Notes: a model not told the origin generated them from the letters alone. Positions 38,201 to 48,083 are shown, numbered from the stretch's first letter. The stretch: DNA of 64,000 nt from Chthoniobacteraceae bacterium (GCA_031409335.1 JANNWY010000307.1:78407-142406); one strand, 5' to 3'. Numbers and translations: made by a program.

Positions 38201-40071
38201 ATGTCGGCGCGGGCGGCGGCACCGTGCGCATCCCCGCCGCCTCCACGCTGACGCAGGCGGGCGCGATCACCGCGGCGGGCTTGTTCACTTTGGAAAATGC
38301 GGGCACTGCGACCCTGAGCGGAGCGATCGGCGGAGCGGCGGGAGTCGTCGTGAACACCAGCGGCACGACCAGCATTTCCGGGAACGTCGCGACCGCGCTG
38401 ACGCTCAACGGCGCGGGCAGCAGCGCGATTTCCGGCAACATCACCATCGCCAGCGTGCTCACCAAAAACGGCTCCGCCACCACGACGCTCACCGGCGCTG
38501 CGAACAATCCAGTCAGCACCACGATCGCCGCGGGCATCCTCCAGATCGGCGATGGCGTCGCCTCGGGCAGCATCGGCAATGGCGTCATCACCAACAACGC
38601 CATCCTCGCCTTCAACAATCCCGCGGCGGTCACGGCCGGCGGCGCGATCGGCGGCACCGGCATCCTGACGAAGACCGGCGCGGGGATCACGACGCTCAGC
38701 GGCGCGGCGGCAAATACGTTCACCGGAACGACGACGGTGAGCGGCGGCAATCTCGTGCTCGCGAAAACTTCCGGCGTCGATGCGATCGGTGGAAATCTCG
38801 TCATCGAAACCGGCGGCACCGTTTCCTACAGCGCGACCGCCGGTCAGTTCGCGGATCACATTCCAAACACCGCGACCATCACGATCAACGGCGGCACCTT
38901 CGGCTCCGGCGTGGGCGCGACGCTCGCCGCGCCGACGACGGGCGTGATGGACACCGTCGGGAATGTCACCGTCAACAGCGGCACCTTCCTCAGCGGGCGC
39001 GGTCCCGGCGCGACGCCCGCGCCGTTCGTGGTGCTCGGCGATTTCAAAGTGCTCGGCGGAAACGCGCTCGTGCAGCGCGGCGGCGCGCTCACCGCGACTT
39101 CCGTGCAACTCACCGCGCCCGCCGTGCTCGACCTCGACGGCGGCAGCGGCACGGCAAACAATCAGAGCCGGCTGAATGTCGGTGGGGACGGACTCGCGCT
39201 GACCGGCGCGACGATCAATCTCAACGCCGGGCCGAGCACCGTGAATGCCGCGTCGCTCGGCAGCATCGTGACCCTCGGCGGCAACGTGATTTCCACCGGC
39301 ACGAGCAGCATCGCGCGATTGAATCCGACGCTGTCGAATGCGTTTGTCGATCTCGCCGCGGCCACCCGCACCTTCGATGTCGCGGGCGCGCTGACCATCG
39401 CGCCCGCGGTGCGAAATGGCGGACTTCTCAAGACCAACGCCGGCACGCTGACGCTCACCGGCGTGAACACGCACGCCGACGGCACGACGATCACCGGCGG
39501 CATTTTGAATGCGAACGCCGACGCTGCGCTCGGTGCCGCGGCGGGTCCCGTCACAATCAGTGGTGGCGCAGTGCTGCAAGCTGGCGGCGCGATTTCCACG
39601 ACCGCGCGCACGGTCACGCTCGGAGCTGGCGGCGGACGCATCGACACGAATGGCAACGCCGTCACGCTCGGCATCGGCAGCACCGTCACCGGCACGAGTT
39701 TGACGAAAGTCGGCACAGGCACACTGACTCTCGCCGGCACCCAGACCTACGACACGCTCACGACTTCCGCGGGCCGCACCGATCTCACCAGCGCGCTCGG
39801 CACGGGCACCTCGACGATCAACTCCAACGCCGAAACCAACACCAGCGTCAGCCAGACCCTCACCGCGTTGAACATCGGCGACGGCGCGGTTTTCTCATTG
39901 GGCGCGCTGCCGCCCGCGCCCGCGCCGGGCCTCGCTTTCGAGCCAGCGTTCGCAAATTTCGAAGCAGCCGTGTCGTCCGCCGCCGCAGTCCCCGAGCCAG
40001 GCGCGACCGCGCTCCTGCTCGGAGCCGTCGTGATGTTTTTCGGACGCCTTCCGCGTTCGGATTTGCGTTAA
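35266..40071 (+). CDS. Autotransporter-associated beta-strand repeat protein with PEP-CTERM (~1600 aa)
   Basis: MKTNAIL signal peptide, repeats, VPEPGATALLLGAVVMFFGR. Confidence 0.92.
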   Translation: MKTNAILTRGIATLFALAPFAAHGAADTLTGTGGATQPGVSWAPTTAAGGTIGVWSLGAIPGAGDNAIIAATGLIDVRGSAAAFNPSATVGTTEIQDLTFNSTAAVTLNNNTTSRDMVLILNGGRGAGVPLISTIGDFAYTIQGAGSNGTTPRPLRLQLNASGGIDVTANALSISAVITESGGARSLSKTGAGRLVLSGANTFTGGIALSAGILRATGNAGALGTGTLTLAGGELQLANDAATAFNRNTVVTANAQITSDRAAAGAGVTHTLGTLAIGAQTLTIAPGALSTSGTAGVTFGATTLSGAAIFSVATGAALTLGATDVGANPLTASGPGTMTISGAISAGAGGLVRGGAGRVILAGASTFTTGATLLEGVTEVTNNDALGTGAIAINSGATLEVNLAGANLRAASITANPGGRVAVRGLTLNSAVTLAGGILGTRTNDLGTFAGPVNVAANSSVELINYTAPANNQSIIISGKLSGANTLNVVGGATANAGAKALILTDTANDFSGVFNVASGQRLSSIPAATTGSTLGTASVNLSGGFLRLNDNGVGVDGTLAYGNNLTVGGASTIDLDRVNGANSGNTFVLGTLTAGSGTLTINGANGYKASFTGGTLNGSATINHAGAVAITGAIGGFFGLNKTGAGTLTLGGANTYLGTTTVSVGGLNLTGSLAGVLALGANTTLSGAGTVLAGTSVANGAVLNPGNANAGTFTTGALTFGAADADLATVNFTTGAVPGNINVTAANGLAAFGAAGSVGLKLLTTLPALGTHTVIDYSGAIGGTGFSAFTLAPLPNPRIVATLANNLAATRIELTVTAVDAPRWSGALSGEWSTAILGTPKNWSLIIGVGTTDFISGDNALFDDAAAGGVRDIVLNVENVAPDSVVFDNSFAVPYTLSGTNAIAGTTGLTKTRNGTLTISNTNSFTGPVSISAGTISVNAVANSAANSPLGAGAIVNISNGGTLDFTGATGSTNRALNVGAGGGTVRIPAASTLTQAGAITAAGLFTLENAGTATLSGAIGGAAGVVVNTSGTTSISGNVATALTLNGAGSSAISGNITIASVLTKNGSATTTLTGAANNPVSTTIAAGILQIGDGVASGSIGNGVITNNAILAFNNPAAVTAGGAIGGTGILTKTGAGITTLSGAAANTFTGTTTVSGGNLVLAKTSGVDAIGGNLVIETGGTVSYSATAGQFADHIPNTATITINGGTFGSGVGATLAAPTTGVMDTVGNVTVNSGTFLSGRGPGATPAPFVVLGDFKVLGGNALVQRGGALTATSVQLTAPAVLDLDGGSGTANNQSRLNVGGDGLALTGATINLNAGPSTVNAASLGSIVTLGGNVISTGTSSIARLNPTLSNAFVDLAAATRTFDVAGALTIAPAVRNGGLLKTNAGTLTLTGVNTHADGTTITGGILNANADAALGAAAGPVTISGGAVLQAGGAISTTARTVTLGAGGGRIDTNGNAVTLGIGSTVTGTSLTKVGTGTLTLAGTQTYDTLTTSAGRTDLTSALGTGTSTINSNAETNTSVSQTLTALNIGDGAVFSLGALPPAPAPGLAFEPAFANFEAAVSSAAAVPEPGATALLLGAVVMFFGRLPRSDLR

Positions 40072-40099
40072 GAATCCGCGCGGCATCGCGATTGCGTTG

Positions 40100-43099
40100 A
40101 TGCCCATGCCTGCCAAGAATTCCCCGTATTTCCGACCGGCGGTCGTGGCGTGCTTTTTTGGAATGCTCGCGCAGTTCGCGTTCGCCGCGGATGCGCTGGA
40201 CTTCGTGAAGGACGTGCGCCCGATTTTGGAGCGAAGCTGCTTTGGCTGTCACGGGCCGGAGAAGCAGAAGAATGGCTACCGGCTGGATGTGCGCGCGGTG
40301 GCTTTGAAAGGCGGCGAGAGCGGCGAGCGGGCGATCGTGCCGCACGATGCGAAGGCGAGTCCGCTGATCCGCTACGTGAGCGGCGAGGATGAGGAGATGC
40401 TGATGCCGCCGAAGAAAAGCGACGCGACGCGGCTGACCGCGGAACAGGTGGCGACCTTGCGCGCGTGGATCGACGCCGGGCCAGCGTGGCCCGATGAATT
40501 TGCCGGAGCTGCCGACACCAAGCCGCACTGGTCGCTGCAACCGCTCGTGAAACCGCCGGTGCCGGGCAGCGACGCAAATCCGATCGACGCTTTCATCCGC
40601 GCAAAACTCGCAGGAAAAAAGATCGCACCTTCGCCGGAAGCAGATGCGCACACGCTGATCCGCCGCGTGTCCTTCGATCTCACCGGATTGCCGCCAACGC
40701 CCGCGGAAGTGGACGCCTTTTCCCATGAGTCGAATGGGTCCACTGAGTCCTATGAAAAGATCGTGGACCACCTGCTCGCGAGCCCGCGCCACGGCGAACG
40801 CTGGGCGCGGCACTGGCTCGATACGATCCACTTCGCCGACTCGCACGGCTTTGAACACGACGTCGGTCGCGACCACGCGTGGCGCTTCCGCGACTACGTG
40901 ATCGCCGCGCTGAACCACGACGCGCCGTGGCCGCGCTTCGTCCGCGAGCAATTGGCCGCGGACGTGTTTTTCCCCGATGAACCGCAGCTCACTCCCGCGC
41001 TCGGTTTTCTCGGCGCGGGGACGTTCGATCTGAGCGCCTTCGGCACCGCGCCGGTTACGTTCGACTACCTCGATCGCGACGATCTGGTGACACAGACGAT
41101 GGCCGCTTTCGTCAGCACCACGGCGAATTGCGCGCGCTGCCACGCGCACAAATTCGATCCCATCACGCAGGAGGATTATTACGCGCTGCAAGCCGTGTTC
41201 GCCGGCATTTTGAAAGGCGACGTTTCCTACGATGAAGACCTCGCGGTAAAGCGCCAGCGGCAGCGCTGGCAATCGCTGCTCGCCGCCGCGGACAAGCGCG
41301 ATGCCGCCGTGCTGCTCGCCGCTGAAAACGCGTCGCTGACCGATGAGTGGCTCGCGCAACGCGGCGCGGGAGCGCGCTGGCAGCCGCTGGATGCGGAGAC
41401 GTTTCTCTCCGCGGAAGGCGCGACGCTCACGCGCGACGCGGACGGCGTCATCCTTGCCAGCGGCGTGCTGCCGGAGCGCGACACTTACACGGTCACGGTC
41501 GCGACACTGCCCGAGCGTATCATCGCGCTGCGGCTGAATGTGCTGCCGCACGATTCGCTGCCGATGCGCGGGCCGGGCCGCTGCGAAAACGGAAATTTGC
41601 ACCTTTCCGAAATCGAACTCCGCATCTTCGCGCCCGGTGCGCCGGAAGGTCGCGTGACGAAAATTTCCAGCGTGACTGCGGACTTCAATCAGGCTGGATG
41701 GGGCATCGAGCGCGGTCTGGATGGTGACATTAAAACCGCGTGGGGCATTCATCCCGCCGTCGGGCAGGCGCATCACGCGGTCTTCGCGCTCGCGGAACCG
41801 CTCACGCTGAAAGCGGGCGCGCGGCTTTCCATCACACTGCGCCAGGCGCACGGCGGCTCGCATCTCATCGGCGCATTCAGCCTCGCGGTGACGACCGACG
41901 CCGCTGCCAACGCCACCGCACTTCCCGGCGAAATCGAAGCCGCACTCGCCGCCACCGAGCGCACGGAAACGCAACGCATCGCGCTCGCCGCGCACGCGCT
42001 GCGGATCGTCGCGAATCAAGCACTGGCCAGGCTTCCGCCGCAGTCCATCGTCTTCGCCGCCGCCGCCGCGGTGAACATCCCATCCGGCGAGGGCGCGATG
42101 CAGTCGCGCGCGCTCCCCGAGCCAAAGGTCGTGAACATTTTGCATCGCGGCGACTTCGACAAACCGCGCGCCATCGCCGCGCCCGGCGCACTGTCCGCGC
42201 TCACCCATTTGCCCGCGCGTTTCATTTTGAAAAACCCGAAGGACGAAGCCGAACGCCGCGCCGCGCTCGCCGACTGGATCGCGCACCGCGACAACGTACT
42301 GGCGTGGCGCAGCATCGTGAATCGCGTGTGGCACCACCATTTCGGGCGCGGCCTCTGCGACACGCCGAGCGATTTTGGAAAAATGGGCGGGGAACCTTCG
42401 CACGTCGAATTGCTCGACTGGCTCGCCGTCTGGTTCCGCGACGACGCGCACGGTTCGCTGAAAAAATTGCACCGTCTCATCGTCACCAGCGCGACCTACC
42501 GGCAGTCTTCCGCGCTGCGCGAAGACGCCGCGAAACTCGACGCCGACAACCGCCTGCTCTGGCGGCAAAACCGCCACCGCCTCGACGCCGACGCCGTGCG
42601 CGATTTCACCCTCGCCGCCTCCGGCCAGCTCGACCTGACGATGGCCGGCCCGAGCATCCGCCATTTCAAAGCCAGCAAAGGCCCGCAAGCCACGCCCGCG
42701 CTCGACTACACCGCCTACGATTGGAACAGCCCCGGCGCAGGCCGCCGCAGCATTTACCGCAACGTCTGGCGCGGCATCGCCGATCCCTTCATGGAAGCCC
42801 TCGACTTCCCCGACCTCGGCCTGCTCGCCCCCGCGCGCAATTTCTCCGTCTCCTCGCTGCAAGCCCTCACGCTTTTCAACAACGACTTCATCCTGCAAAA
42901 CAGCGCGGCTTTGGCGCAGCGCGCAGCGCTCGAAACGCCCGCGCTCGAGGCACAAATCAGCAACGCCGTGCGCCTCGTCTGGCTGCGCAATCCGACCGCG
43001 GATGAACACCGCGATTTCACCGACTTCACCCGCGCGAATGGCCTGCCCGCGCTCTGCCGCGTGCTGCTGAACAGCAACGAATTTCTCTTCATCCCGTGA
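40100..43099 (+). CDS. DUF1549/DUF1553 (PSD1) planctomycete cytochrome c domain protein
   Basis: CFGCH, NPIDAFI, DLTGLPPT, GERWARHWLD, CARCHAHKFDPI and VNRVWHHHFGRG motifs. Confidence 0.92.
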   Translation: MPMPAKNSPYFRPAVVACFFGMLAQFAFAADALDFVKDVRPILERSCFGCHGPEKQKNGYRLDVRAVALKGGESGERAIVPHDAKASPLIRYVSGEDEEMLMPPKKSDATRLTAEQVATLRAWIDAGPAWPDEFAGAADTKPHWSLQPLVKPPVPGSDANPIDAFIRAKLAGKKIAPSPEADAHTLIRRVSFDLTGLPPTPAEVDAFSHESNGSTESYEKIVDHLLASPRHGERWARHWLDTIHFADSHGFEHDVGRDHAWRFRDYVIAALNHDAPWPRFVREQLAADVFFPDEPQLTPALGFLGAGTFDLSAFGTAPVTFDYLDRDDLVTQTMAAFVSTTANCARCHAHKFDPITQEDYYALQAVFAGILKGDVSYDEDLAVKRQRQRWQSLLAAADKRDAAVLLAAENASLTDEWLAQRGAGARWQPLDAETFLSAEGATLTRDADGVILASGVLPERDTYTVTVATLPERIIALRLNVLPHDSLPMRGPGRCENGNLHLSEIELRIFAPGAPEGRVTKISSVTADFNQAGWGIERGLDGDIKTAWGIHPAVGQAHHAVFALAEPLTLKAGARLSITLRQAHGGSHLIGAFSLAVTTDAAANATALPGEIEAALAATERTETQRIALAAHALRIVANQALARLPPQSIVFAAAAAVNIPSGEGAMQSRALPEPKVVNILHRGDFDKPRAIAAPGALSALTHLPARFILKNPKDEAERRAALADWIAHRDNVLAWRSIVNRVWHHHFGRGLCDTPSDFGKMGGEPSHVELLDWLAVWFRDDAHGSLKKLHRLIVTSATYRQSSALREDAAKLDADNRLLWRQNRHRLDADAVRDFTLAASGQLDLTMAGPSIRHFKASKGPQATPALDYTAYDWNSPGAGRRSIYRNVWRGIADPFMEALDFPDLGLLAPARNFSVSSLQALTLFNNDFILQNSAALAQRAALETPALEAQISNAVRLVWLRNPTADEHRDFTDFTRANGLPALCRVLLNSNEFLFIP

Positions 43100-43104
43100 G
43101 CGCA

Positions 43105-43288
43105 AGTAGCGCAGGCGCCCCGCCTGTCGGCTGTAGTAGCGCAGGCGCCTCGCCTGTCGGCTGTAGTAGCGCAGGCGCCTCGCCTGCCGGCAGTCCGGGC
43201 GGGCACCCCGCCTGCATGACCTCCCGGGAACGAACATGCAGGCGAGGCGCCCGCCCAGACAGCCGGCAGGCGGGGCGCCTGCGCTACT
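43105..43288. repeat. GTAG-type REP cluster (three 30-bp tandem units plus inverted partner)
   Basis: GTAGCGCAGGCGCC(C/T)CGCCTG at 43106, 43136 and 43166; inverted CAGGCGGGGCGCCTGCGCTAC ends at 43287. Confidence 0.85.
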
Positions 43289-43359
43289 TCCTTTTCGTGC
43301 GCCGCTGGGCGCATGAAACCGGAGATTGAGATTGCACGCGCCCTGTGCATCATCGCGCG

Positions 43360-44754
43360 ATGACAACGCCTTCCACCCTCGCTCCCGCCTCCCCGGTCAC
43401 CCGGCGGAGCTTCCTGAAAACCGGCACCGTGCTCGCCACCGGCATCGCGTCGCTCTCGCTGAGCGCGCGCGCCCAGACGAACAAGAACAGCAAGCTGCAA
43501 CTCCTGCACATCGGCGTCGGCGGCAGCATCGCGCCGCACGATCGGATGCAGCTCAAAAAGCACCCGGCGGTCGTCTTTACTGGGCTGTGTGATATCGACT
43601 CGAACACGATCGAGAAAATCTCGAAGGAGCATCCCGAGGCGTTCACCTGCCGCGATTTTCGCGAGGCTTTTGAAAAGCACTCGGACAAGTTTGACGCCGT
43701 GGTCGTTTGCACGCCGGACCACAATCACGCGGTGATCGACATGACGGCGATGAAAGCAGGCAAGCATGTGTACGGGCAGAAACCGCTGGTGCAGCAGCTT
43801 TCCGAAGTGGCGGCGATCGAGGGCGCGATCAAGGCGTGTCCGAATCTCATCACGCAAGCCGGCAACCAGCGCATGGGGCCGGTGGGGCGGCAGTATGCGG
43901 TGGATATTTTGAAGAAAGGGCTGCTCGGGAAAGCGATCGAGGCGCATGTGTGGGTCGGTGGTCCGCCGCCGGGAACACAGGGATATTTTTGGTACGGCGG
44001 ACTGCAAGAGCCGACGCCTCCGCCGCCGAATATCGACTGGACGCTCTGGCTCGGTTGCGCGCTCGACGCGCCGCATCGTCCCGGCCTCATCAATCTGCAA
44101 TGGCGCTCCTCGTGGGACTACGGCACGGGCCAGCTCGGCGACTGGTGTACGCATCTGCTCGACATCCTCTACTTCGCCTACGATCTCCCCTCTCCCATCG
44201 CCGTGCAGACGAACCAGCACGAGCCGACCGGCTTTTACCACACGCGCCACGCGCGCTCGACGCTGACTTACAAGGTGCCCGAGGACCGCTTCGCGAATGG
44301 CAAATTCGTCGTCAACTACGCCGACCAATCGCAAGCCCCCTCGCGCGCCTCGCTCGGGCTGCCGCCCGGAAAGTGGCCGGGCACGGGCACGCTCGTGGTG
44401 TGCGAAAAAGGCGTGCTGATGGTCGAGCCGGAGGGCAATCCCGAAGTCTGGATCGGTGGCAACCCCGGCGATTTCGAGACGCTCCCTGGTCTCGATACGC
44501 CGACCGCGCGCAATCACTGGCACTCGTGGGTGGACAAGATTCTCGGCAAGCCCGACGCATTCGTGCAGACCCCGTTTTCCTACGCCGCCAAGATCGCGGA
44601 AGCCGGCCTGCTCTGCGCCAAAGCCTCACGCTTTCCCAACACGGAACTGCGCTGGGATAAAGCCACGCTCACCTTCCCGAACCACGCCGAAGCGACAAAG
44701 ACAATCGTGCGCCGCGAATACCGCAAGGGATTCGAGTTGCCGACGTTTGCATGA
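43360..44754 (+). CDS. Gfo/Idh/MocA family oxidoreductase, Tat signal
   Basis: TRRSFLK, IGVGG, TPDHNHA, KHVYGQKPL and GQLGDWCTH motifs. Confidence 0.92.
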   Translation: MTTPSTLAPASPVTRRSFLKTGTVLATGIASLSLSARAQTNKNSKLQLLHIGVGGSIAPHDRMQLKKHPAVVFTGLCDIDSNTIEKISKEHPEAFTCRDFREAFEKHSDKFDAVVVCTPDHNHAVIDMTAMKAGKHVYGQKPLVQQLSEVAAIEGAIKACPNLITQAGNQRMGPVGRQYAVDILKKGLLGKAIEAHVWVGGPPPGTQGYFWYGGLQEPTPPPPNIDWTLWLGCALDAPHRPGLINLQWRSSWDYGTGQLGDWCTHLLDILYFAYDLPSPIAVQTNQHEPTGFYHTRHARSTLTYKVPEDRFANGKFVVNYADQSQAPSRASLGLPPGKWPGTGTLVVCEKGVLMVEPEGNPEVWIGGNPGDFETLPGLDTPTARNHWHSWVDKILGKPDAFVQTPFSYAAKIAEAGLLCAKASRFPNTELRWDKATLTFPNHAEATKTIVRREYRKGFELPTFA

Positions 44755-45179
44755 TCGGCGCGAATCCGCGCGTCCATTCCGTGGGCGCCACCATCGTCGC
44801 GATGCGAATGCTGTCGGCTGTCGGCGTTGTCGCGGCAGAGGATGCGGCTACGCTCCAGTTTCCCGAATCCGACGTCACATCTGTGCTGAACTTTTATGCC
44901 CGCCTGACGGGACGCAAAGTCTGGCTGGACCTGGAGGTTTGGGGCCGGGTTTCCATTCAGATCGACAAGCCAATTCCGAAGACGCAAGCGATCGAATTGA
45001 TCCGCACGACGCTCTTGGAAAAGCACGGAATCGAGATGCGGGAGCCCAATGACAGGGAGACATTTGTAACGTGGTCCGCCGATCCGAAATACAAGGAGAT
45101 CATCGCGGCCACGAAAAAGGCAGCACCTTCAACAACGGCTCCGGTCGCCCCAGGTGGCAGGATACGCGTCGTTCGCTGA
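44751..45179 (+). CDS. Small exported protein resembling a stand-alone secretin (GspD) N0 domain
   Basis: LQFPESDVTSVLNFYARLTGRKVWLDLEVWGRVSI...PKTQAIELI. ATGA overlap with the upstream gene; start is uncertain. Confidence 0.55.
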   Translation: MIGANPRVHSVGATIVAMRMLSAVGVVAAEDAATLQFPESDVTSVLNFYARLTGRKVWLDLEVWGRVSIQIDKPIPKTQAIELIRTTLLEKHGIEMREPNDRETFVTWSADPKYKEIIAATKKAAPSTTAPVAPGGRIRVVR

Positions 45180-45290
45180 ACAGCCGCTCATTTGGAAGCC
45201 ACGATGCACAGGTTGGTGCGGTGCTTGAGTTTTCCGCCAAGGTGCGGAAGGCGTGTGGATTAAGACTGTGGCGCGGTGATCGCGCCACCC

Positions 45291-46694
45291 ATGAAAGCCA
45301 CACCTCGCCAAAGCCGCCGGGATTTCCTGTGGAATCTCGGCGGCGGCTTTGGTGGGCTGGCGGTTTCGCAGCTCTTTTCGCGCGAGGCGCTGGCCGCGGG
45401 CATCCAGCATCATGTGCCGAAGGTGAAGCGCGTCATCCAGCTTTTCATGACGGGCGGGGCGAGCCCGATGGACACCTTCGACTACAAGCCGGCGCTGGAA
45501 AAACTCCACGGGCAGATGCTCGGGCCGAAGGAGAAGCCGGAGGGGCAGACCGGGATGCCGGGGGCGATGATGAAGAGCCCGTTTCAATTCGCGCGGCATG
45601 GGCAGAGCGGGCGGTGGGTGAGTAGCGTTTTTCCCGAGCAGGCGAAGCTCGTGGATGAGATGGCGTTTCTGATGGCGATGCAGTCGAAGACGAACGTGCA
45701 TGGGCCGGGGACTTACATGATGAACTCGGGGTTTTTGCTGCCGGGGTTTCCGTGCATGGGCGCTTGGATTTCTTATGCGCTGGGAAATTTGGCGGACAAT
45801 TTGCCGACCTTCGTCGTGCTGCCGGATGCGCGCGGTTTGCCGTACAATCAGCGCGGGTGTTTTTCGAGCGGCTTCCTGCCGGCGGTGCATCAGGGCACGG
45901 TCATCAATGCGGCGTCGCCGCGTCCGGTGCCGGATCTTTTTGCGTCGGAAAAATATGCTTTTGCCACGCGCGAGGCGGATCGGGCGGGGCTCGCGCTTTT
46001 GGATAAAATGAATCGCGCGCACGCGGCGGAAAATCCGGGCGATTCGCGGCTCGACGCCCGCATCGCCAGCTACGAACTCGCGGCGAAAATGCAACTCAGC
46101 GCGCCGGAAGCCTTCGACGTGATGCGCGAGCCGGAGTCGGTGCGGACGGCTTACGGGCTGGGGAATAAGGTGACGGAAGATTTTGGGCGGCGCTGTCTGC
46201 TGGCGACGCGGCTGATTGAGCGCGGCGTCCGTTTCGTGCAAGTCTGGAGCGGGCCGCAGGGTGCGGTGAATAATTGGGACAATCACGGCAACATTCAGAC
46301 CGAACTCCCGCCGATGGCCGCGAGCGTGGATCAGCCGATCGCCGCGCTGCTGCGCGATCTGAAATCGCGCGGCCTCGACTCGGACACGCTGGTGATTTGG
46401 ACGACCGAGTTTGGCCGCACGCCTTTTGCGCAAGGCTCGCTCGGGCGCGATCACAATGGCGGCTCGTTCGTGACGTGGCTGTGGGGCGCGGGCGTGAAAG
46501 CGGGCGTTTCGTACGGGAGCAGCGATGACTGGGGCTATCAGGCGGTGGAAAACAAAACGTATTGCTACGATCTGCACGCGACCATTCTCCACCTGATGGG
46601 CATCGATCACGAAAAGCTCACCGTGCGGCAGAACGGCATCGACCGTCGGCTCACGGATGTCCACGGTCACGTCATCCGCGAGATTCTCGCGTGA
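45291..46694 (+). CDS. DUF1501 family protein
   Basis: SRRDFL, KRVIQLFMTGGASPMDTFDYKP, LIERGVRFVQ, WDNH, TEFGRTP, GRDHN and RRLTDVHG motifs. Confidence 0.93.
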   Translation: MKATPRQSRRDFLWNLGGGFGGLAVSQLFSREALAAGIQHHVPKVKRVIQLFMTGGASPMDTFDYKPALEKLHGQMLGPKEKPEGQTGMPGAMMKSPFQFARHGQSGRWVSSVFPEQAKLVDEMAFLMAMQSKTNVHGPGTYMMNSGFLLPGFPCMGAWISYALGNLADNLPTFVVLPDARGLPYNQRGCFSSGFLPAVHQGTVINAASPRPVPDLFASEKYAFATREADRAGLALLDKMNRAHAAENPGDSRLDARIASYELAAKMQLSAPEAFDVMREPESVRTAYGLGNKVTEDFGRRCLLATRLIERGVRFVQVWSGPQGAVNNWDNHGNIQTELPPMAASVDQPIAALLRDLKSRGLDSDTLVIWTTEFGRTPFAQGSLGRDHNGGSFVTWLWGAGVKAGVSYGSSDDWGYQAVENKTYCYDLHATILHLMGIDHEKLTVRQNGIDRRLTDVHGHVIREILA

Positions 46695-46715
46695 AAATGC
46701 GACCTGCGGGCGCGG

Positions 46716-48083
46716 CTACGGCTTGGCCCACAAGCCGAGCAATCCCTCGACTTCCGGCTCGTACTCCGGGTTCAACTTCGCGGCCTCGCTGAGCAGCGCG
46801 CGGGCTTCGTCAGCCTTGCCGATGAACGCCGCGAAATTTCCGAGATTCCACTTTCGCACGGAAGCCTTGGCCGCATCCTCATCCGCGGTCACCAGCGATT
46901 TCGCCATCGCAAAATAGCTCTCCGCCGCGAGCGCACTCCACGGAGCCTGCTTCTCGCCCGCGTTCGTCCGCAGATACACGAACGAGTCATCCAGCTTCGC
47001 GATCCCCCGTTCAACCGCTTCACCATTCTTCAGCGTCACGGGTTTCGCGTAGCCTTCGTCGCGCATTTCCAGGAGTAGAAAAAATTTGAACTGATCGAGA
47101 TACGCCGCCTGGCTGGCCATCAGTTCCTGCTCCTTCTTTCGCCGGGTGGTGGTCAGTTTCGCTTCAAAAATCGCCCGCCTCGCGTCGCCGAATTCATACT
47201 TCGCGCACAGCTCCATCCACTTTGCTTTCGCCAGCGGAAAGGCCTCCGCATCGGCGTCGTCCTGCGCCGCCATCACTGCTTTTTTCTCAACGAGTTGCGG
47301 GTCGAGCGACGCCATCAGTTTGCCGTTGTGTTTGATCCGCGCCCGCACGGATTTCGCCTCGTTCACCGCCTTCTCGATCGTCTCTTCGCTGGCGGCACTC
47401 GCCCGGGATTTCGTGGCGGTATCCACCAGCTCCTCGTATTCGCAAATGTCCGTCGCGATCTGCCGCAGTCTTTTCAGCTCGGGATTGAAGCCAACCCACA
47501 ACTCCGGCCCCAGCGCCGTCGCCGTGGCGAACTGCCGGTAGAATGTGATCGCGTCGTCCAGCGCCCCGAGGTTTTCGTTTTTCAGCGCGAACAGATACAG
47601 CGCGATGGCCTCGTGATTTCCCCGATCGTAACGCGATGCCCCGCGCCCCGGCACCGTCGCGTCGCCGCTCATCACGATCCCGAGATCGTACAGAAATGGC
47701 GCGAGTTTTCCCTGGGTCCGCGATGCAGCCCAGCGCTCCGCCAGTTGGGCGAAAAGCGGACGCGCCTCCTTCTCGCGGCCTTCGAGCAATTCCGCCATCC
47801 CGCCAAAAATCATCACCCAATCCTGCAACGCCGCCGGCACATCATTGCGCGCGTTCAGGCGGCGCATCCTCGCCGCGGCGTCCGCGTAGTTTCCCACCAG
47901 GATATCCGCCCGCGCCTCGCGGAAATCGGCGTCCGCGGGACCCTGTTTTTGCAGTGGCGCCACCGGCTTCGCGGCGGGCTTGCGCGGTGCTTTTTTGCAT
48001 GAGGAAAACAACACCGCCGGGAAAATCGTGAGCGAAAAAAACAGGCCGGAAATCCACGCGGTCGTGGCTCGTTTTCGGATCAT
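46716..48083 (-). CDS. Hypothetical helical (TPR-like) lipoprotein
   Basis: Lipobox-like VLFSSC; long all-helical composition. Confidence 0.7.
   Translation of the reverse strand: MIRKRATTAWISGLFFSLTIFPAVLFSSCKKAPRKPAAKPVAPLQKQGPADADFREARADILVGNYADAAARMRRLNARNDVPAALQDWVMIFGGMAELLEGREKEARPLFAQLAERWAASRTQGKLAPFLYDLGIVMSGDATVPGRGASRYDRGNHEAIALYLFALKNENLGALDDAITFYRQFATATALGPELWVGFNPELKRLRQIATDICEYEELVDTATKSRASAASEETIEKAVNEAKSVRARIKHNGKLMASLDPQLVEKKAVMAAQDDADAEAFPLAKAKWMELCAKYEFGDARRAIFEAKLTTTRRKKEQELMASQAAYLDQFKFFLLLEMRDEGYAKPVTLKNGEAVERGIAKLDDSFVYLRTNAGEKQAPWSALAAESYFAMAKSLVTADEDAAKASVRKWNLGNFAAFIGKADEARALLSEAAKLNPEYEPEVEGLLGLWAKP

Noticed and set aside
14065..40071. Classical type V autotransporters
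   Set aside because: No C-terminal beta-barrel; the proteins end in PEP-CTERM.
43105..43190. Possible CRISPR array
   Set aside because: The 9-nt linkers are identical rather than unique spacers, there is an inverted partner, and no cas genes are present; fits REP.
39860..43366. 1168-aa minus-strand ORF, and similar long antisense ORFs (35221..37584, 30245..32227, 27110..29020, 53065..55128)
   Set aside because: Shadow frames of well-supported genes in GC-rich DNA; no recognisable motifs.
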